Counted from the first letter of the stretch, positions 10,249 through 20,193 are shown. The stretch is DNA of 64,000 nt from an uncultured Collinsella sp. (GCA_900541175.1 UQIT01000003.1:40133-104132); one strand, 5' to 3'. Made by a program: numbers and translations. The notes: generated by a model not told the origin, from the sequence alone.

Positions 10249-10908
10249 GTGAACGAAGAACCTCAAGTCCTCTACTGCGACGCCTGGCTCATGGCCATCG
10301 ACAAGCCCGCCGGCATGATCGTCCACGGCGACGGCACCGGCGAGCGCACGCTCACCGACTACGCCAGCGACCTGCTGCTGGCGATGGGCGACGGCTTTGC
10401 CGCGACCGACATGCAGCCGCTCAATCGCCTGGACCGTGACACCACCGGCGTGGTGCTGTTCTCGCTCGACAAGCAGACGCAGCCCGCCTTTGACCAGATG
10501 ATTATCGACCACGCTTTCGAAAAGCACTACCTGGCGCTCGCCGAGGGCAAAATCGACTGGAACGAAAAGCTCATCGACAAGCCCATCGCCCGCGACCGTC
10601 ACGACAGCCGAAAGATGCGCGTCGGCGCCAGCGGCAAGCCGTCTCAAACGCGCGTCAAGGTGCTCAAACGTCTTAAGAGCCGTCGTGGCCTGCCCACGCG
10701 CTCGTATATCGATGTCGAGTTGCTCACCGGCCGCAAGCATCAAATCCGTGTGCATCTGGCGAGCGAGCGTCATCCCCTGGTTGGCGACGACCTGTACGGA
10801 ACGCCGCGCCCCTGCGGCCTGATGCTCCACGCCCACAGCGCGTCCTTCACGCATCCCGTAACCGGCGAGCACATCCACATCGAAGCCCCCTGCCCCTGGG
10901 AGCCCTAA
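10249..10908 (+). CDS. RluA-family pseudouridine synthase.
   Basis: Catalytic motif NRLDRDTTGVVLFS, plus HQIRVHLA. Confidence 0.8.
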   Translation: MNEEPQVLYCDAWLMAIDKPAGMIVHGDGTGERTLTDYASDLLLAMGDGFAATDMQPLNRLDRDTTGVVLFSLDKQTQPAFDQMIIDHAFEKHYLALAEGKIDWNEKLIDKPIARDRHDSRKMRVGASGKPSQTRVKVLKRLKSRRGLPTRSYIDVELLTGRKHQIRVHLASERHPLVGDDLYGTPRPCGLMLHAHSASFTHPVTGEHIHIEAPCPWEP

Positions 10909-10909
10909 A

Positions 10910-10960
10910 GCCTGCCGAAAAGGAACAGGTTTATTTTGGATGGTTTTATCTGGGCAAACG
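10910..10960. repeat. Copy 1 of a ~50-bp intergenic repeat (CTGCCRAAAAGGRACAGGTTTATTTTGGWYGGTTTTATCTGGGSAAACGTC).
   Basis: About 90% identical to 36820..36870. Confidence 0.7.
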
Positions 10961-11012
10961 TCAAAACCACCACATAGGTTCCTACCCCTTCGCGGTGGTT
11001 TTGGCGTTTGCC
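10951..11012. terminator. Bidirectional terminator hairpin between the rluA-like gene (+) and the deoR-family gene (-).
   Basis: 22-bp stem GGGCAAACGTCAAAACCACC...GGTGGTTTTGGCGTTTGCCC with T/A runs inside the stem arms. Confidence 0.55.
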
Positions 11013-11024
11013 CGTCCCCTGCTG

Positions 11025-11771
11025 TTAGACCGTGATGACGTTGTCCATTGCCCGGTACTTGGCGGGGACATCGCCTGCGGTAATAATCGTTGCGTCACGG
11101 AAGTCCGCGAACTTGACGGGCGCCACCATGCCAAATTTACTGGCGTCCGAGATTACGAAGCGCTTGGCCGTATGGCGCATCGAGATACGCTTTACTTGCG
11201 CCTCCTCGATATCGGGCGCCGTGAAGCCCTGCTCGGCGGCAATGCCGTTAGAGCCCCAAAAGCCACAGTTGAAGTTGTAGCGGTCTAAGGTTGCCAAGGC
11301 ATCGGGGCCAACGAGCGCCTCGGTCTCGGGTTTGAGCTCGCCGCCCAGCACCACGATACGCATGCCGCGCAAAGCAAGGCGTTGGGCATGGAGCACGGAA
11401 TCGGTCACATAGGTGACATCTTCAAGGTGTGGAAGATGCTCGATGAGCCTGAGCGTCGTCGAACCCGAGTCGATGTATACAAAGCTCTCGGGCTCCACAA
11501 GTGCCGCCGCACGGGCGCAGATACGCTCCTTGTCGTCGTTATGGAGGTCGCTGCGCTCATTAAGCGTTAGGTCGCGCGTCACGTGCGCGCGCTCAAGACT
11601 CGTCGCGCCACCGTGGACCTTGGCGATGCGGTGCGCTCGGTCGAGCGTCTGCAGATCGCGCCGAATGGTAGACGCCGTCACGCCCAGGGCTTCGGCAAGC
11701 TCCGGCACGGTAACCGAGCCGGCCTGCTGAACCATCGACACGATCGCGTTGAGCCTATCTTCCGCTAGCAT
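11025..11771 (-). CDS. DeoR/GlpR-family transcriptional regulator.
   Basis: N-terminal HTH (SVTVPELAEALGVTASTIRRDL) and a C-terminal sugar-phosphate-binding DeoR C domain. Confidence 0.8.
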   Translation of the reverse strand: MLAEDRLNAIVSMVQQAGSVTVPELAEALGVTASTIRRDLQTLDRAHRIAKVHGGATSLERAHVTRDLTLNERSDLHNDDKERICARAAALVEPESFVYIDSGSTTLRLIEHLPHLEDVTYVTDSVLHAQRLALRGMRIVVLGGELKPETEALVGPDALATLDRYNFNCGFWGSNGIAAEQGFTAPDIEEAQVKRISMRHTAKRFVISDASKFGMVAPVKFADFRDATIITAGDVPAKYRAMDNVITV

Positions 11772-11774
11772 CGC

Positions 11775-12854
11775 TTACTCCTCCTCGGGGTACACGACTC
11801 CCCAGTCGGCGCGAAGCTTGGTCATAAGCTTCATAACATCAGAAGCATAATCCAGCAGCTCGCGCTTGGAGTCGTCGCCGGCAACGGCCTTCTCAAGATC
11901 GGCCATCTCATAGCAAAGGGCGTACGCCTCGGTGCCGGCATGGACCTCCTCGCGGTGGCCGTCCGCAGTCCACACGATGGTCGCGTGATCGGCGCGCGGA
12001 TACTCGTTGACCTCGATGTAGCACTTATCGAAGCTGATAACCGAGCGCTTGGGCTGCTTGGAGTGGAGCGTGAGGCTCACAACACCCAGCTGCTGCTCGG
12101 CATTACGGCAGACGATGCCGCCCGCAACGTCAACGCCGGTCTCGCAGGTGTTGCCCAGCGAAATGACCTCAGCGGGCTGGCTTGCCATAAAGAAGCGCAT
12201 AACGGACAGGGCATAGACGCCAATATCGAGCATGGCACCGCCAGCAAGGTTGCGATTGTAGAAGCGGTTGGTCAGGTCACCGTACTCCTTGTAGCTACCA
12301 AAGTTGAGCTGGGCAAGGTTCATGCGGCCAAACTCACCGGCATCCATGCGGCGGTGCAGCTCTTGATACAAGGGCATGTGAAGCACCGTGGTGGCGTCCA
12401 TAAGGACCACGTTGTGCTCGTCGGCGATGGCACGCGCCTCGTCGAGCTCAGCGGAATTGAGGGTAATGGCCTTCTCGCAGAGTACGTGCTTGCCAGCTGC
12501 CAGAGCGGCGCGCAGGTAGGTGATATGCGTGTTGTGCGGGGTGGTGATATAGATCGCATCGATGTTCGGATCGGCATAGAGGTCCTCGACCGTTTCATAG
12601 ACCTTCTCGATGCCATACTGCTCAGCAAAAGCCTGAGCCTTGGACAGCGTACGGTTGGCGACACCCGCAAGCTTGCGGCCGGCCAGCGCGAGGGACTGGG
12701 CCATTTGGTTGGCGATAACGCCGCAACCGATCACAGCCCAACGAAGCTCGGGAGCCGTAAAGATATCATCGGGGAACGGCTTATCCTGGACCGAAGCGAA
12801 CGCTGCTTTTGCGGCTGCCGCGGAGTCGAGTGGAGCCTGCTTGCAATCTGCCAT
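11775..12854 (-). CDS. Gfo/Idh/MocA-family NAD(P)-dependent oxidoreductase.
   Basis: Rossmann motif WAVIGCGVIANQ plus EKA motif (HVLCEKAITL). ATG at 12854 has an AGGAGG RBS. Probably co-operonic with the DeoR regulator. Confidence 0.8.
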   Translation of the reverse strand: MADCKQAPLDSAAAAKAAFASVQDKPFPDDIFTAPELRWAVIGCGVIANQMAQSLALAGRKLAGVANRTLSKAQAFAEQYGIEKVYETVEDLYADPNIDAIYITTPHNTHITYLRAALAAGKHVLCEKAITLNSAELDEARAIADEHNVVLMDATTVLHMPLYQELHRRMDAGEFGRMNLAQLNFGSYKEYGDLTNRFYNRNLAGGAMLDIGVYALSVMRFFMASQPAEVISLGNTCETGVDVAGGIVCRNAEQQLGVVSLTLHSKQPKRSVISFDKCYIEVNEYPRADHATIVWTADGHREEVHAGTEAYALCYEMADLEKAVAGDDSKRELLDYASDVMKLMTKLRADWGVVYPEEE

Positions 12855-13182
12855 ATGTGCCTCCTGAATCATCGGAAGTCCTTCATTTCTAACAACCCTA
12901 TATTCGCACAATTGCGCGCGTATCTGCTCGTGTTCGCGTGTTTATTTGCTTATCGGTCATTATTTAGCCATAGTTGGCAGATGTTTGCGCGGCTATGCGC
13001 ATTATCGCGCAAGGCTATGCGCGTAAATGCGCATGCGACAATCCTTGTGAAACATAAAGGGGCGGAACACCAAAGCCCTAAAAGACAGAGCCAGCTGTAT
13101 TACCTCACCCCTCTGGGGGCACCAGACATCAAAGGACCGTCCCAAACTGCCGGCACATAGAGACTGTCCTCCAACGACTGGT

Positions 13183-13260
13183 CATTTAAGTCTGTCCCCA
13201 ATGAATGGTCCCCAATGAATGCCAAGCGACTTCCACTCATTTAAGTCTGTCCCCAATGAG
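13183..13260. repeat. Direct repeats TCATTTAAGTCTGTCCCCAATGA x2 with CCCCAATGAATG x2 in between.
   Basis: Exact 23-bp copies at 13183-13205 and 13237-13259. Confidence 0.7.
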
Positions 13261-13269
13261 TAGGGATAG

Positions 13270-13301
13270 AAAAAGGCCCGGGTGCCGTGGCATCCGGGCC
13301 T
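13270..13301 (-). terminator. Intrinsic terminator ending the rplC-rplX ribosomal-protein transcription unit.
   Basis: Minus-strand read GGCCCGGATGCCACGGCACCCGGGCC followed by TTTTTC, ~30 bp after the rplX stop. Confidence 0.7.
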
Positions 13302-13329
13302 TTGCTAGCAACTTGATGTTGCGGGCAGC

Positions 13330-13635
13330 TTAGAACTTGTGGCCGCACTTCTTGCAGACGCGCAGCTTGTTCTTGCCGTCCTTCTCGTGACCGACGCGGG
13401 TAACCTTACCGCACTCGGGGCAAACGAGATTGACGTTGGAGGCGTCGATGGGAGCCTCCTGCGAAACGATGCCGCCCTGCTGGTTGGCAGCGTTGGGCTT
13501 GACGGCCTTCTTGACGACCGAAACGCCCTCGACAACGACCTTGTTCTCGGCGGGGAGAGCACGCAGGATAACGCCCTGCTTGCCGCGATCCTTACCAGAG
13601 AGAACCTGGACCTTATCGCCCTTCTTGATATACAT
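13330..13635 (-). CDS. rplX: 50S ribosomal protein L24, with a C-terminal CxxC..CxxC zinc-ribbon extension.
   Basis: N-terminus [21 protein letters not shown] is the KOW domain; C-terminus is CPECGKV...CKKCGHKF. Confidence 0.9.
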   Translation of the reverse strand: MYIKKGDKVQVLSGKDRGKQGVILRALPAENKVVVEGVSVVKKAVKPNAANQQGGIVSQEAPIDASNVNLVCPECGKVTRVGHEKDGKNKLRVCKKCGHKF

Positions 13636-13648
13636 ATATCTCCCCTAA

Positions 13649-14017
13649 CTACAGGGTCTCGGGAGCGAGCGAGACGATCTTCATGTACTTCTTGTCACGA
13701 AGCTCGCGAGCGACGGGCCCGAAGATACGGGTGCCGACGGGCGAACCATCGTTGTTGATGACAACGCAGGCGTTCTCATCAAAGCGAATGTAGGAGCCAT
13801 CCTTGCGGCGGATCTCCTTAACGGTGCGAACGACGACGCAACGGACAACGTCCTTCTTCTTGACGTTGGCGCCAGGGGTAGCCTCCTGGACAGCACCGAT
13901 GAACACATCGCCGATGCCTGCATAACGACGCTTGGAACCGCCAAGCACCTTGATGCAGCGAATCTTGCGAGCGCCGGAGTTGTCGGCGACGTTCAGCATG
14001 GTTTGCATCTGAATCAT
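13649..14017 (-). CDS. rplN: 50S ribosomal protein L14.
   Basis: [18 protein letters not shown] is the canonical L14 N-terminus. Confidence 0.95.
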   Translation of the reverse strand: MIQMQTMLNVADNSGARKIRCIKVLGGSKRRYAGIGDVFIGAVQEATPGANVKKKDVVRCVVVRTVKEIRRKDGSYIRFDENACVVINNDGSPVGTRIFGPVARELRDKKYMKIVSLAPETL

Positions 14018-14135
14018 GGTAGATGTTCCTCCGAACTAAGAACCGAAGAGAGGTGCGCAGCCTTTATACGGCCCATGGTATGCAAGCTAGGCATACGCAC
14101 ATCTTCGGAAACGTACAAGTCGTAAGAGCGACTGC

Positions 14136-14396
14136 TTATTTAGCGCGCTCGACGACCTCGATGAGGCGCCAACGCTTCATCTTGGACATAGGACGGGTCT
14201 CCATAACGCGGACGGTATCGCCCACGCCAGCCGTGCACTCCTCGTCGTGAGCGTGCAGCTTCTTGGAGCTGGTCATCATCTTGCCGTACTTGGGGTGACG
14301 CTTGCGCTCGGTGATGGTGACAACAATGGTCTTGGCACCGGAGACGGAGGTAACGACACCCGTACGGACCTTACGCGAGTTACGCGAATCAGTCAT
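14136..14396 (-). CDS. rpsQ: 30S ribosomal protein S17.
   Basis: S17 family match; operon context. An unusually long 118-bp spacer separates it from rplN. Confidence 0.9.
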   Translation of the reverse strand: MTDSRNSRKVRTGVVTSVSGAKTIVVTITERKRHPKYGKMMTSSKKLHAHDEECTAGVGDTVRVMETRPMSKMKRWRLIEVVERAK

Positions 14397-14412
14397 GTTC
14401 TCTCCTTAGGTC

Positions 14413-14628
14413 CTACTCGGCGACAGCGGACTTCTCCGCTGCAATCTCGCGGGCGCGCTGCTCCGTGAGGACGCGAGCGATGTCCTTCTTCACGGTGTTG
14501 ACGCGAGCGGTGTTGTCCAGCTGGCTGGTGGCCATCTGGAAACGAAGGTTAAAGAGCTCGGCGCGCATTTCCTTCAGCTTCTCAACGAGCTGAGCGTCCG
14601 AGAGCTCACGAATCTCTGCGGGCTTCAT
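14413..14628 (-). CDS. rpmC: 50S ribosomal protein L29.
   Basis: [31 protein letters not shown]. Confidence 0.9.
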   Translation of the reverse strand: MKPAEIRELSDAQLVEKLKEMRAELFNLRFQMATSQLDNTARVNTVKKDIARVLTEQRAREIAAEKSAVAE

Positions 14629-15131
14629 TAGTTCTCCTCCTTGGCGGCGGCGGCGTCCTCAGCAGCCCACTTGGCCTCGAGAGCGGCCTCCTCAGCCATC
14701 TCCTTCTCGATGCGCTGCTCAGCGTTCTTGGCAGCAACAATCTTGGTCTTGATGGGAAGCTTGTGCTGTGCAAGACGCAGAGCCTCGCGAGCGACCTCCT
14801 CGGGCACGCCCTTGACCTCGAACATGATGCGGCCGGGCTTGACGACGGCCACCCACTCCTCGGGGTTACCCTTACCAGAACCCATGCGAGTCTCAGCAGG
14901 CTTCTTGGTGATGGGCTTATCGGGGAAGATCGTGATGTAGACACGACCGCCACGCTTCATGTAGCGGGTCATGGCAATACGAGCGGCCTCGATCTGACGG
15001 TTGGTGATCCAATGGGCCTCGAGAGCCTGGATACCAAACTCGCCGAAATGCAGCTCGGTATTACCCTTGGCCTGGCCCTTCATGGAGCCACGCTGCACCT
15101 TGCGGTGAAGAATACGCTTAGGGGCAAGCAC
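14628..15131 (-). CDS. rplP: 50S ribosomal protein L16, with a ~30-aa Ala/Glu-rich C-terminal extension.
   Basis: [15 protein letters not shown]...; 167 aa against the usual ~138 aa. Confidence 0.9.
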   Translation of the reverse strand: MLAPKRILHRKVQRGSMKGQAKGNTELHFGEFGIQALEAHWITNRQIEAARIAMTRYMKRGGRVYITIFPDKPITKKPAETRMGSGKGNPEEWVAVVKPGRIMFEVKGVPEEVAREALRLAQHKLPIKTKIVAAKNAEQRIEKEMAEEAALEAKWAAEDAAAAKEEN

Positions 15132-15841
15132 TACTGACCCCTCCTCTCGGAGTTACGACGACGAGGACGGGAAGAGCCCTCGAGTGCAGGGTTGGGAACA
15201 GGCTGGCCCGGGAGCTTCTCGCCCAGGTAGATCCAGACCTTCACGCCGCAAGCGCCCATGGTGGTGCTGGCGACAGCCGTGCCGTAGTCGATCTTGGCAC
15301 GGAGGGTGTGCAGAGGCACGCGACCCTCGCGGTACCACTCACGACGGCCCATCTCGGCACCGCCGAGACGACCGGAGCACTGGATACGGATGCCCTTAGC
15401 GCCGGCCTTGCGGGCAGACTGGACAGCCTTGCGCATAGCGCGACGGAAGGCAACGCGGCCCTCGAGCTGCTCGGCAATAGACTGAGCAACGAGGTTGGCG
15501 TCGAGCTCGGGGCGCTTGATCTCGACAACGTCGACGGAGAGCTGGCCCTTGGAGACGCCAGCGACCTTCTCGAGCTCGGTACGGAGGGTATCGATCTCGG
15601 CGCCCTTCTTACCGATGACAACGCCGGGGCGAGCGGTGAGGATGATGACCTTCACCTTGTCGCCAGCGCGCTCGATCTCGACGCGGGAGACAGCTGCGCG
15701 GGAAAGACGCTTCTCGAGGTACTTGCGGATCTCGAGATCGTTACCGAGGGTCTTAGCGTAATCCTTCTCTGCGAACCAGCGGGAGCGCCAGTTCTCGGTG
15801 ATGCCAAGACGGAAGCCGGTGGGGTAGACTTTCTGACCCAT
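15131..15841 (-). CDS. rpsC: 30S ribosomal protein S3.
   Basis: [24 protein letters not shown]; KH domain. Confidence 0.95.
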   Translation of the reverse strand: MGQKVYPTGFRLGITENWRSRWFAEKDYAKTLGNDLEIRKYLEKRLSRAAVSRVEIERAGDKVKVIILTARPGVVIGKKGAEIDTLRTELEKVAGVSKGQLSVDVVEIKRPELDANLVAQSIAEQLEGRVAFRRAMRKAVQSARKAGAKGIRIQCSGRLGGAEMGRREWYREGRVPLHTLRAKIDYGTAVASTTMGACGVKVWIYLGEKLPGQPVPNPALEGSSRPRRRNSERRGQ

Positions 15842-15847
15842 ACAGCT

Positions 15848-16219
15848 TTACGCCTCCTTTCGAGGAGCAACGACGACGGTGATGTGGGAAGTACGCTTCA
15901 GAATGCGAGAAGCGGAACCCTTGGCGCGGGGACGGATGCGCTTAAGCGTCGGACCCTCGTCAACATAGGCAGCGGCGACAACCAGGTTGTCGGCACGCAG
16001 ACCGTTGTTGTTCTCGGCGTTCGCAACGGCGGAACGGAGAACCTTCTCGACATCCACGGCGACGGCGCGGTCGCAGAAGTGGAGGATGTCGAAGGCCTGA
16101 GCGACAGGCTTGCGGCGGATCAGATCGACCACCAGGCGGGCCTTGCTGGGGGAAACACGCACGTACTTAGCGACGGCGCGAACCTCGGTGGCCTCAGTTT
16201 CAATAGACTTAGTTGCCAT
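15848..16219 (-). CDS. rplV: 50S ribosomal protein L22.
   Basis: L22 family match; operon context. Confidence 0.9.
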   Translation of the reverse strand: MATKSIETEATEVRAVAKYVRVSPSKARLVVDLIRRKPVAQAFDILHFCDRAVAVDVEKVLRSAVANAENNNGLRADNLVVAAAYVDEGPTLKRIRPRAKGSASRILKRTSHITVVVAPRKEA

Positions 16220-16233
16220 TTACGGTTAACCCC

Positions 16234-16494
16234 CTATTTGGCCTTGTGGCCACGGAACGTACGAGTCGGCGCGAACTCGCCGAGCTTGTGACCAACCATG
16301 GACTCGGTAACATACACGGGCACATGCTTGCGGCCGTCGTGGACGGCGATGGTGTGACCAACCATCTCGGGGAAGATGGTGGACGCGCGGGACCAGGTCT
16401 TCACGACGTCCTTCTTGCCAGCCTCGTTCATCGCGGTGATACGCGAGAGAAGGCGAGTCTCCACGAACGGGCCCTTTTTGAGACTTCTGCTCAT
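16234..16494 (-). CDS. rpsS: 30S ribosomal protein S19.
   Basis: [16 protein letters not shown]...[16 protein letters not shown]. Confidence 0.95.
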   Translation of the reverse strand: MSRSLKKGPFVETRLLSRITAMNEAGKKDVVKTWSRASTIFPEMVGHTIAVHDGRKHVPVYVTESMVGHKLGEFAPTRTFRGHKAK

Positions 16495-16526
16495 AAGTGC
16501 TTTCTCCTAAAACTCGGTATCCGAAA

Positions 16527-17357
16527 TTACTTCTTACGGCGACGAATGATGTGCTGGTTCGAGACCTTCTTCTTCTTGCGCGTACGAAGGCCCTTCGTCG
16601 GCTTACCCCAGGGGGTAACAGAGGGACGACCAGAGGTGTGGTTCTTGCCCTCGCCACCGCCGTGCGGGTGGTCGACAGGGTTCATGACGGTACCGCGGAC
16701 GGTCGGGCGCACGTTCATGTGACGCTTACGGCCGGCCTTGCCGATGACGATGTTGGCGTGATCGGCATTGCCGACCTCACCGACGGTGGCGCGGCAGGTA
16801 ACGAGGATGCGGCGCATCTCGGAGGAAGGCATACGGACGATAGCGTACTTGCCCTCCTTACCCATCAGCTGGCAGGAGTTACCGGCGGAACGGGCGATAG
16901 CGGCGCCCTTGCCCGGCTGGAACTCGACGGCGTGGATGAGCGTACCGACGGGGATGTCGGCGAGGGGCAGAGCGTTGCCCGGCTTGATGTCGGCGTCAGA
17001 ACCGGACATGATGGTCTGACCGACCTCGAGGCCCTTGGGGGCCAGGATGTAGCGCTTCTCACCGTCAGCGTAGTGCAGCAGAGCGATGCGAGCGGAACGG
17101 TTCGGATCGTACTCGATCGTGGCAACCTTGGCGGGCACGCCGTCCTTGTTGCGCTTGAAGTCGATCACGCGGTAACGACGCTTCACGCCGCCGCCCTGGT
17201 GGCGGGTGGTGATGCGGCCGTTGTTGTTACGACCGGCCTTCTTGGGCAGGGGCTCGAGAAGAGACTTCTCGGGCTTGGTGCAGGTGATTTCGGAGAAGTC
17301 GGAGATCGTCTGCCAACGCCTACCAGCGGAGGTCGGCTTAAGGTGCTTTACAGCCAT
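16527..17357 (-). CDS. rplB: 50S ribosomal protein L2.
   Basis: True start is [14 protein letters not shown] (ATG at 17357, RBS GAAAGGGA). The ORF extending to 17432 is an upstream extension. Confidence 0.9.
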   Translation of the reverse strand: MAVKHLKPTSAGRRWQTISDFSEITCTKPEKSLLEPLPKKAGRNNNGRITTRHQGGGVKRRYRVIDFKRNKDGVPAKVATIEYDPNRSARIALLHYADGEKRYILAPKGLEVGQTIMSGSDADIKPGNALPLADIPVGTLIHAVEFQPGKGAAIARSAGNSCQLMGKEGKYAIVRMPSSEMRRILVTCRATVGEVGNADHANIVIGKAGRKRHMNVRPTVRGTVMNPVDHPHGGGEGKNHTSGRPSVTPWGKPTKGLRTRKKKKVSNQHIIRRRKK

Positions 17358-17441
17358 TACAATCCCTTTCAATAGGAATCCGTTAGCCATCGCAGACAGG
17401 GATTCGAGGTTCTGCCTCGGGTGCGATGACACCGGACGTAT

Positions 17442-17470
17442 ACACGGCTCCGGGCGTGTCCATTTTATAC
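17442..17470. repeat. Conserved motif copy (minus-strand sense ATGGACACGCCCGGAGCCGTGTATACG) in the unusually long rplW-rplB spacer.
   Basis: Near-identical to 19305..19333. The GGGCGT/ACGCCC palindrome (minus-sense GGGCGTATAAAATGGACACGCCC) and a GCCTCCC/GGGAGGC hairpin lie next to it in the same 104-bp spacer. Confidence 0.6.
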
Positions 17471-17536
17471 GCCCAAAACCTTGAGCTCTCGCCTCCCCTA
17501 TTTGGGAGGCATGAGCTCACTCAACAGCAGCGAGTC

Positions 17537-17824
17537 TTAGGCCTGGTTGCCAAAGACCTCGATGGTGTCGCCCTCGGCCAGCGTGACGATGGCCTTCTTC
17601 CAAGAACGGGTCTTGCCGGCGACATAGCGCACGCGCTTGGTCTTGGGCTTGACCGTCAGGGTGTTCACGCGAACGACCTTGACGCCGAAGATCTCCTCGA
17701 CAGCGTCCTTGATCTGATACTTGTTAGCATCCTTGGCGACCTCGAACGTGTACTTGTTCTGCTCCATGCCGGAGAAGGAACGCTCGGACACGATCGGACG
17801 GATGATGATCTCGTGGGCGGTCAT
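17537..17824 (-). CDS. rplW: 50S ribosomal protein L23.
   Basis: L23 family match; operon context. Confidence 0.9.
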   Translation of the reverse strand: MTAHEIIIRPIVSERSFSGMEQNKYTFEVAKDANKYQIKDAVEEIFGVKVVRVNTLTVKPKTKRVRYVAGKTRSWKKAIVTLAEGDTIEVFGNQA

Positions 17825-18451
17825 TTATGCAAGCACCTCCCCGAAGTGAGCGGCGATGTCGGCGGGCATCAGCACAGCGTTGTTGTTGACGAGATCGTAG
17901 GTGTTGGCCTCGTCGGCAGTGATGATGAACGTCTTGGGAATGTTGCGGAACGACAGGTAGGCGTTGACGTCCTCATCGCGAACGATGATGGTCAGACGCT
18001 TGCCCTCAAGGCCGAGAGCCTTGAGCATGGCTACGGCAGCCTTGGTGGAAGGCTTCTCGAAGCCGTAGTCGTCGACGAGCACGAGCTCGCCATCGGCCAG
18101 CTTGGCGGACAGCGCGGAGCGCATAGCCAGCTTGACCTCCTTGTTGTTCATACGCTTAGCGTAGGAACGGGGCTTGGGGGCGAAGACAACGCCACCGTGA
18201 CGCCACTGGGCAGCACGGATGGAACCCTGGCGGGCACGGCCGGTGCCCTTCTGACGCCAAGGCTTCTTGCCGCCACCGGAAACCTCAGAGCGGCCCTTAG
18301 CGGACTGGGTGCCCTGACGCCAAGAGGCCATCTGGCACTTGACGATGTGGTGCATAACGTGGATGTTCGGCTCGATGCCGTACACCTCAGCGGCGAGCTC
18401 GGCCTCGGCGACCTTCTTGCCCTCGCTGTTCTTTACTTCAAACTTTGCCAT
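17825..18451 (-). CDS. rplD: 50S ribosomal protein L4.
   Basis: L4 family match; operon context. Confidence 0.9.
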   Translation of the reverse strand: MAKFEVKNSEGKKVAEAELAAEVYGIEPNIHVMHHIVKCQMASWRQGTQSAKGRSEVSGGGKKPWRQKGTGRARQGSIRAAQWRHGGVVFAPKPRSYAKRMNNKEVKLAMRSALSAKLADGELVLVDDYGFEKPSTKAAVAMLKALGLEGKRLTIIVRDEDVNAYLSFRNIPKTFIITADEANTYDLVNNNAVLMPADIAAHFGEVLA

Positions 18452-18497
18452 TTAAGTGTTCTCCTTGGTATGACGCTGGGCTAAATGGGCTGGGCCC

Positions 18498-19118
18498 TTA
18501 GGCCATACGGATGGCGACGAGACCATTCTTGGCACCCGGGACAGCGCCCTTGACCAAGATGAGGTTCTGCTCGGCATCGATGCGGACAACGGAAAGGTTC
18601 TTGACGGTAACGCGCTCGTTACCCATGTGACCGGCCATCTTGACGCCCTTGAGGACGCGCGCAGGATAGGCGCACTGACCGATAGAACCGGGGTGACGCT
18701 GGAAGTGAGAACCATGCGTCATAGGACCGCGGCGCTGACCCCAGCGCTTGATGCGACCCTGGAAGCCCTTACCCTTGGAGGTACCGATGACGTCGACCTT
18801 CTCGACATCAGCGAAATCAGCGACGGTGACGACCTCGCCGACCTTGTGCTCCTCGCCGTTCTCGACGCGGACCTCACGAAGGAAGCGGACAGGCTCGACG
18901 CCAGCCTTGGCGAAGTGACCAGCCATGGGCTTGTTCACGTTCTTGGCCTTGATGTCGCCGAAACCGATCTGGACGGCATCATAGCCGTCGGTTGCCTGAG
19001 TTTTAACCTGCGAGACAGCGCAGGGGCCAGCCTGGATGACCGTGACGGGAACGACGTTGTCGTCCTCGTCCCAAACCTGGGTCATGCCAATCTTGCGGCC
19101 GAGAATCATGCTGATCAA
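18498..19118 (-). CDS. rplC: 50S ribosomal protein L3 (start is either TTG at 19118 or ATG at 19109).
   Basis: [14 protein letters not shown] is the canonical L3 N-terminus. No rpsJ is found upstream of it. Confidence 0.9.
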   Translation of the reverse strand: MISMILGRKIGMTQVWDEDDNVVPVTVIQAGPCAVSQVKTQATDGYDAVQIGFGDIKAKNVNKPMAGHFAKAGVEPVRFLREVRVENGEEHKVGEVVTVADFADVEKVDVIGTSKGKGFQGRIKRWGQRRGPMTHGSHFQRHPGSIGQCAYPARVLKGVKMAGHMGNERVTVKNLSVVRIDAEQNLILVKGAVPGAKNGLVAIRMA

Positions 19119-19304
19119 GATATGATCCCAACTCTCGCGTGGTCTTGGGACAATGCGTACACCACCGAGCGTACGCCCCTAGAGGACCACTACTTACACG
19201 ACGTGCTCCCCAGCCTTGTATTTCGCCCGGACTACCTGACAACCCTATTAAGCAGGCATTTTGTCCAGCCAGAATACTCCCCTGGTTTCACACAGCTGTT
19301 TAGT

Positions 19305-19333
19305 ATACACGGCTGCGGGCGTATCCATCGAGA
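19305..19333. repeat. Conserved motif copy (minus-strand sense ATGGATACGCCCGCAGCCGTGTATACT) about 190 nt upstream of rplC.
   Basis: Shares 24 of 27 nt with 17442..17470. TGTATACT resembles an extended -10 element. Confidence 0.6.
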
Positions 19334-19384
19334 TTCATATTTCACTCACATTGTTTACGCAGGTAAAGTGCGTGGAGTCGCCTG

Positions 19385-19524
19385 GGCTTGGCAGAGGGGC
19401 GGCGAAATATATTAAGTTTGCTGCTCTACAGTCCTGCGCAAGACGGAAAGCACATTAAGTGCTTTCCTTTGCGTGCGGAACTCGCGACAAACTTAATATA
19501 TTTCGCCGCCCCTCTGCCAAGCTC
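19385..19524. repeat. Long hairpin element, copy A, upstream of rplC: a perfect 34-bp outer stem enclosing an 82-bp core.
   Basis: Left arm CTTGGCAGAGGGGCGGCGAAATATATTAAGTTTG is the exact reverse complement of the right arm. The core is AAGTTTGCTGCTCTACAGTCCTGCGCAAGACGGAAAGCACATTAAGTGCTTTCCTTTGCGTGCGGAACTCGCGACAAACTT. Confidence 0.85.
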
Positions 19525-19566
19525 GGGAGACGACACGTTGATGTCTGCTTAACTCTGCTCGCTCAG

Positions 19567-20193
19567 CTAATTACTTTGTTGGGGGTCCACTATTTGCTGG
19601 AGGGTGAACTTGCATTGAGACGGTTCGCCTTCTGCTTGTGGCTTTGCCTCATCGAAATCGAAGATCATGATGGCGCAGTTGGGGAGTTTTGTTGGGAGCT
19701 CGAAGCCCTCTGGGGCTGCGGCCTTGATAAATTGGCGGCTGGCGCTGCCGTGGCTTACTGCTAGAAGGGTTTCGATGCCCTCGGAGCCCATGATATTGGT
19801 GAGAGTGTCCACCATGCGTTCTTGCAGCGCCTGGCTTCCTTCTCCTCCGTAAGGGACCAAGTCCTCGCCCGGATCCCAGACGTCGGTGGGTAGCGCGTCG
19901 TGTGGGCCCTCTTCGAAGGTGCCGTAGCAGCGCTCGATGATGCCTTCGCAGGGCTCGACTGCTGCGTCCGGGCCGAGGAGTTCGGTAGCGACGAGCTGAG
20001 CAGTGTCCATGGCTCGGCCTAAGGGCGAAGAGACCACTTTGTCGGGGACAACGTCGTGGCCCTTGAGCCATGCGGCTGCCATTCCCGCTTGTTTGCGGCC
20101 CAGGTCGGTCAGCGGTGAATCGCAGCGGCCCTGGACCAGCTTTTTGACGTTGAACTCCGTCTGACCGTGGCGGAGTAGATACAGCTTCTTCAT
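19567..20193 (-). CDS. Histidine phosphatase family protein (phosphoglycerate mutase-like).
   Basis: N-terminal catalytic RHG motif (LLRHGQTEFN). Confidence 0.8.
   Translation of the reverse strand: MKKLYLLRHGQTEFNVKKLVQGRCDSPLTDLGRKQAGMAAAWLKGHDVVPDKVVSSPLGRAMDTAQLVATELLGPDAAVEPCEGIIERCYGTFEEGPHDALPTDVWDPGEDLVPYGGEGSQALQERMVDTLTNIMGSEGIETLLAVSHGSASRQFIKAAAPEGFELPTKLPNCAIMIFDFDEAKPQAEGEPSQCKFTLQQIVDPQQSN

Noticed and set aside
13183-13260. Possible mini-CRISPR: two 23-bp direct repeats with a 31-bp spacer.
   Set aside because: Only two repeats; the spacer itself contains repeat fragments (CCCCAATGAATG); no cas genes nearby; repeat lacks a typical CRISPR palindromic core.
15153-19458. Numerous 60-350-aa ORFs on both strands across the ribosomal-protein block (for example 15308..16291 +, 16497..17375 +, 17426..18484 +, 18627..19415 +).
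   Set aside because: All overlap well-supported ribosomal-protein genes in other frames or strands and have Arg/Ala/Gly-rich shadow composition.
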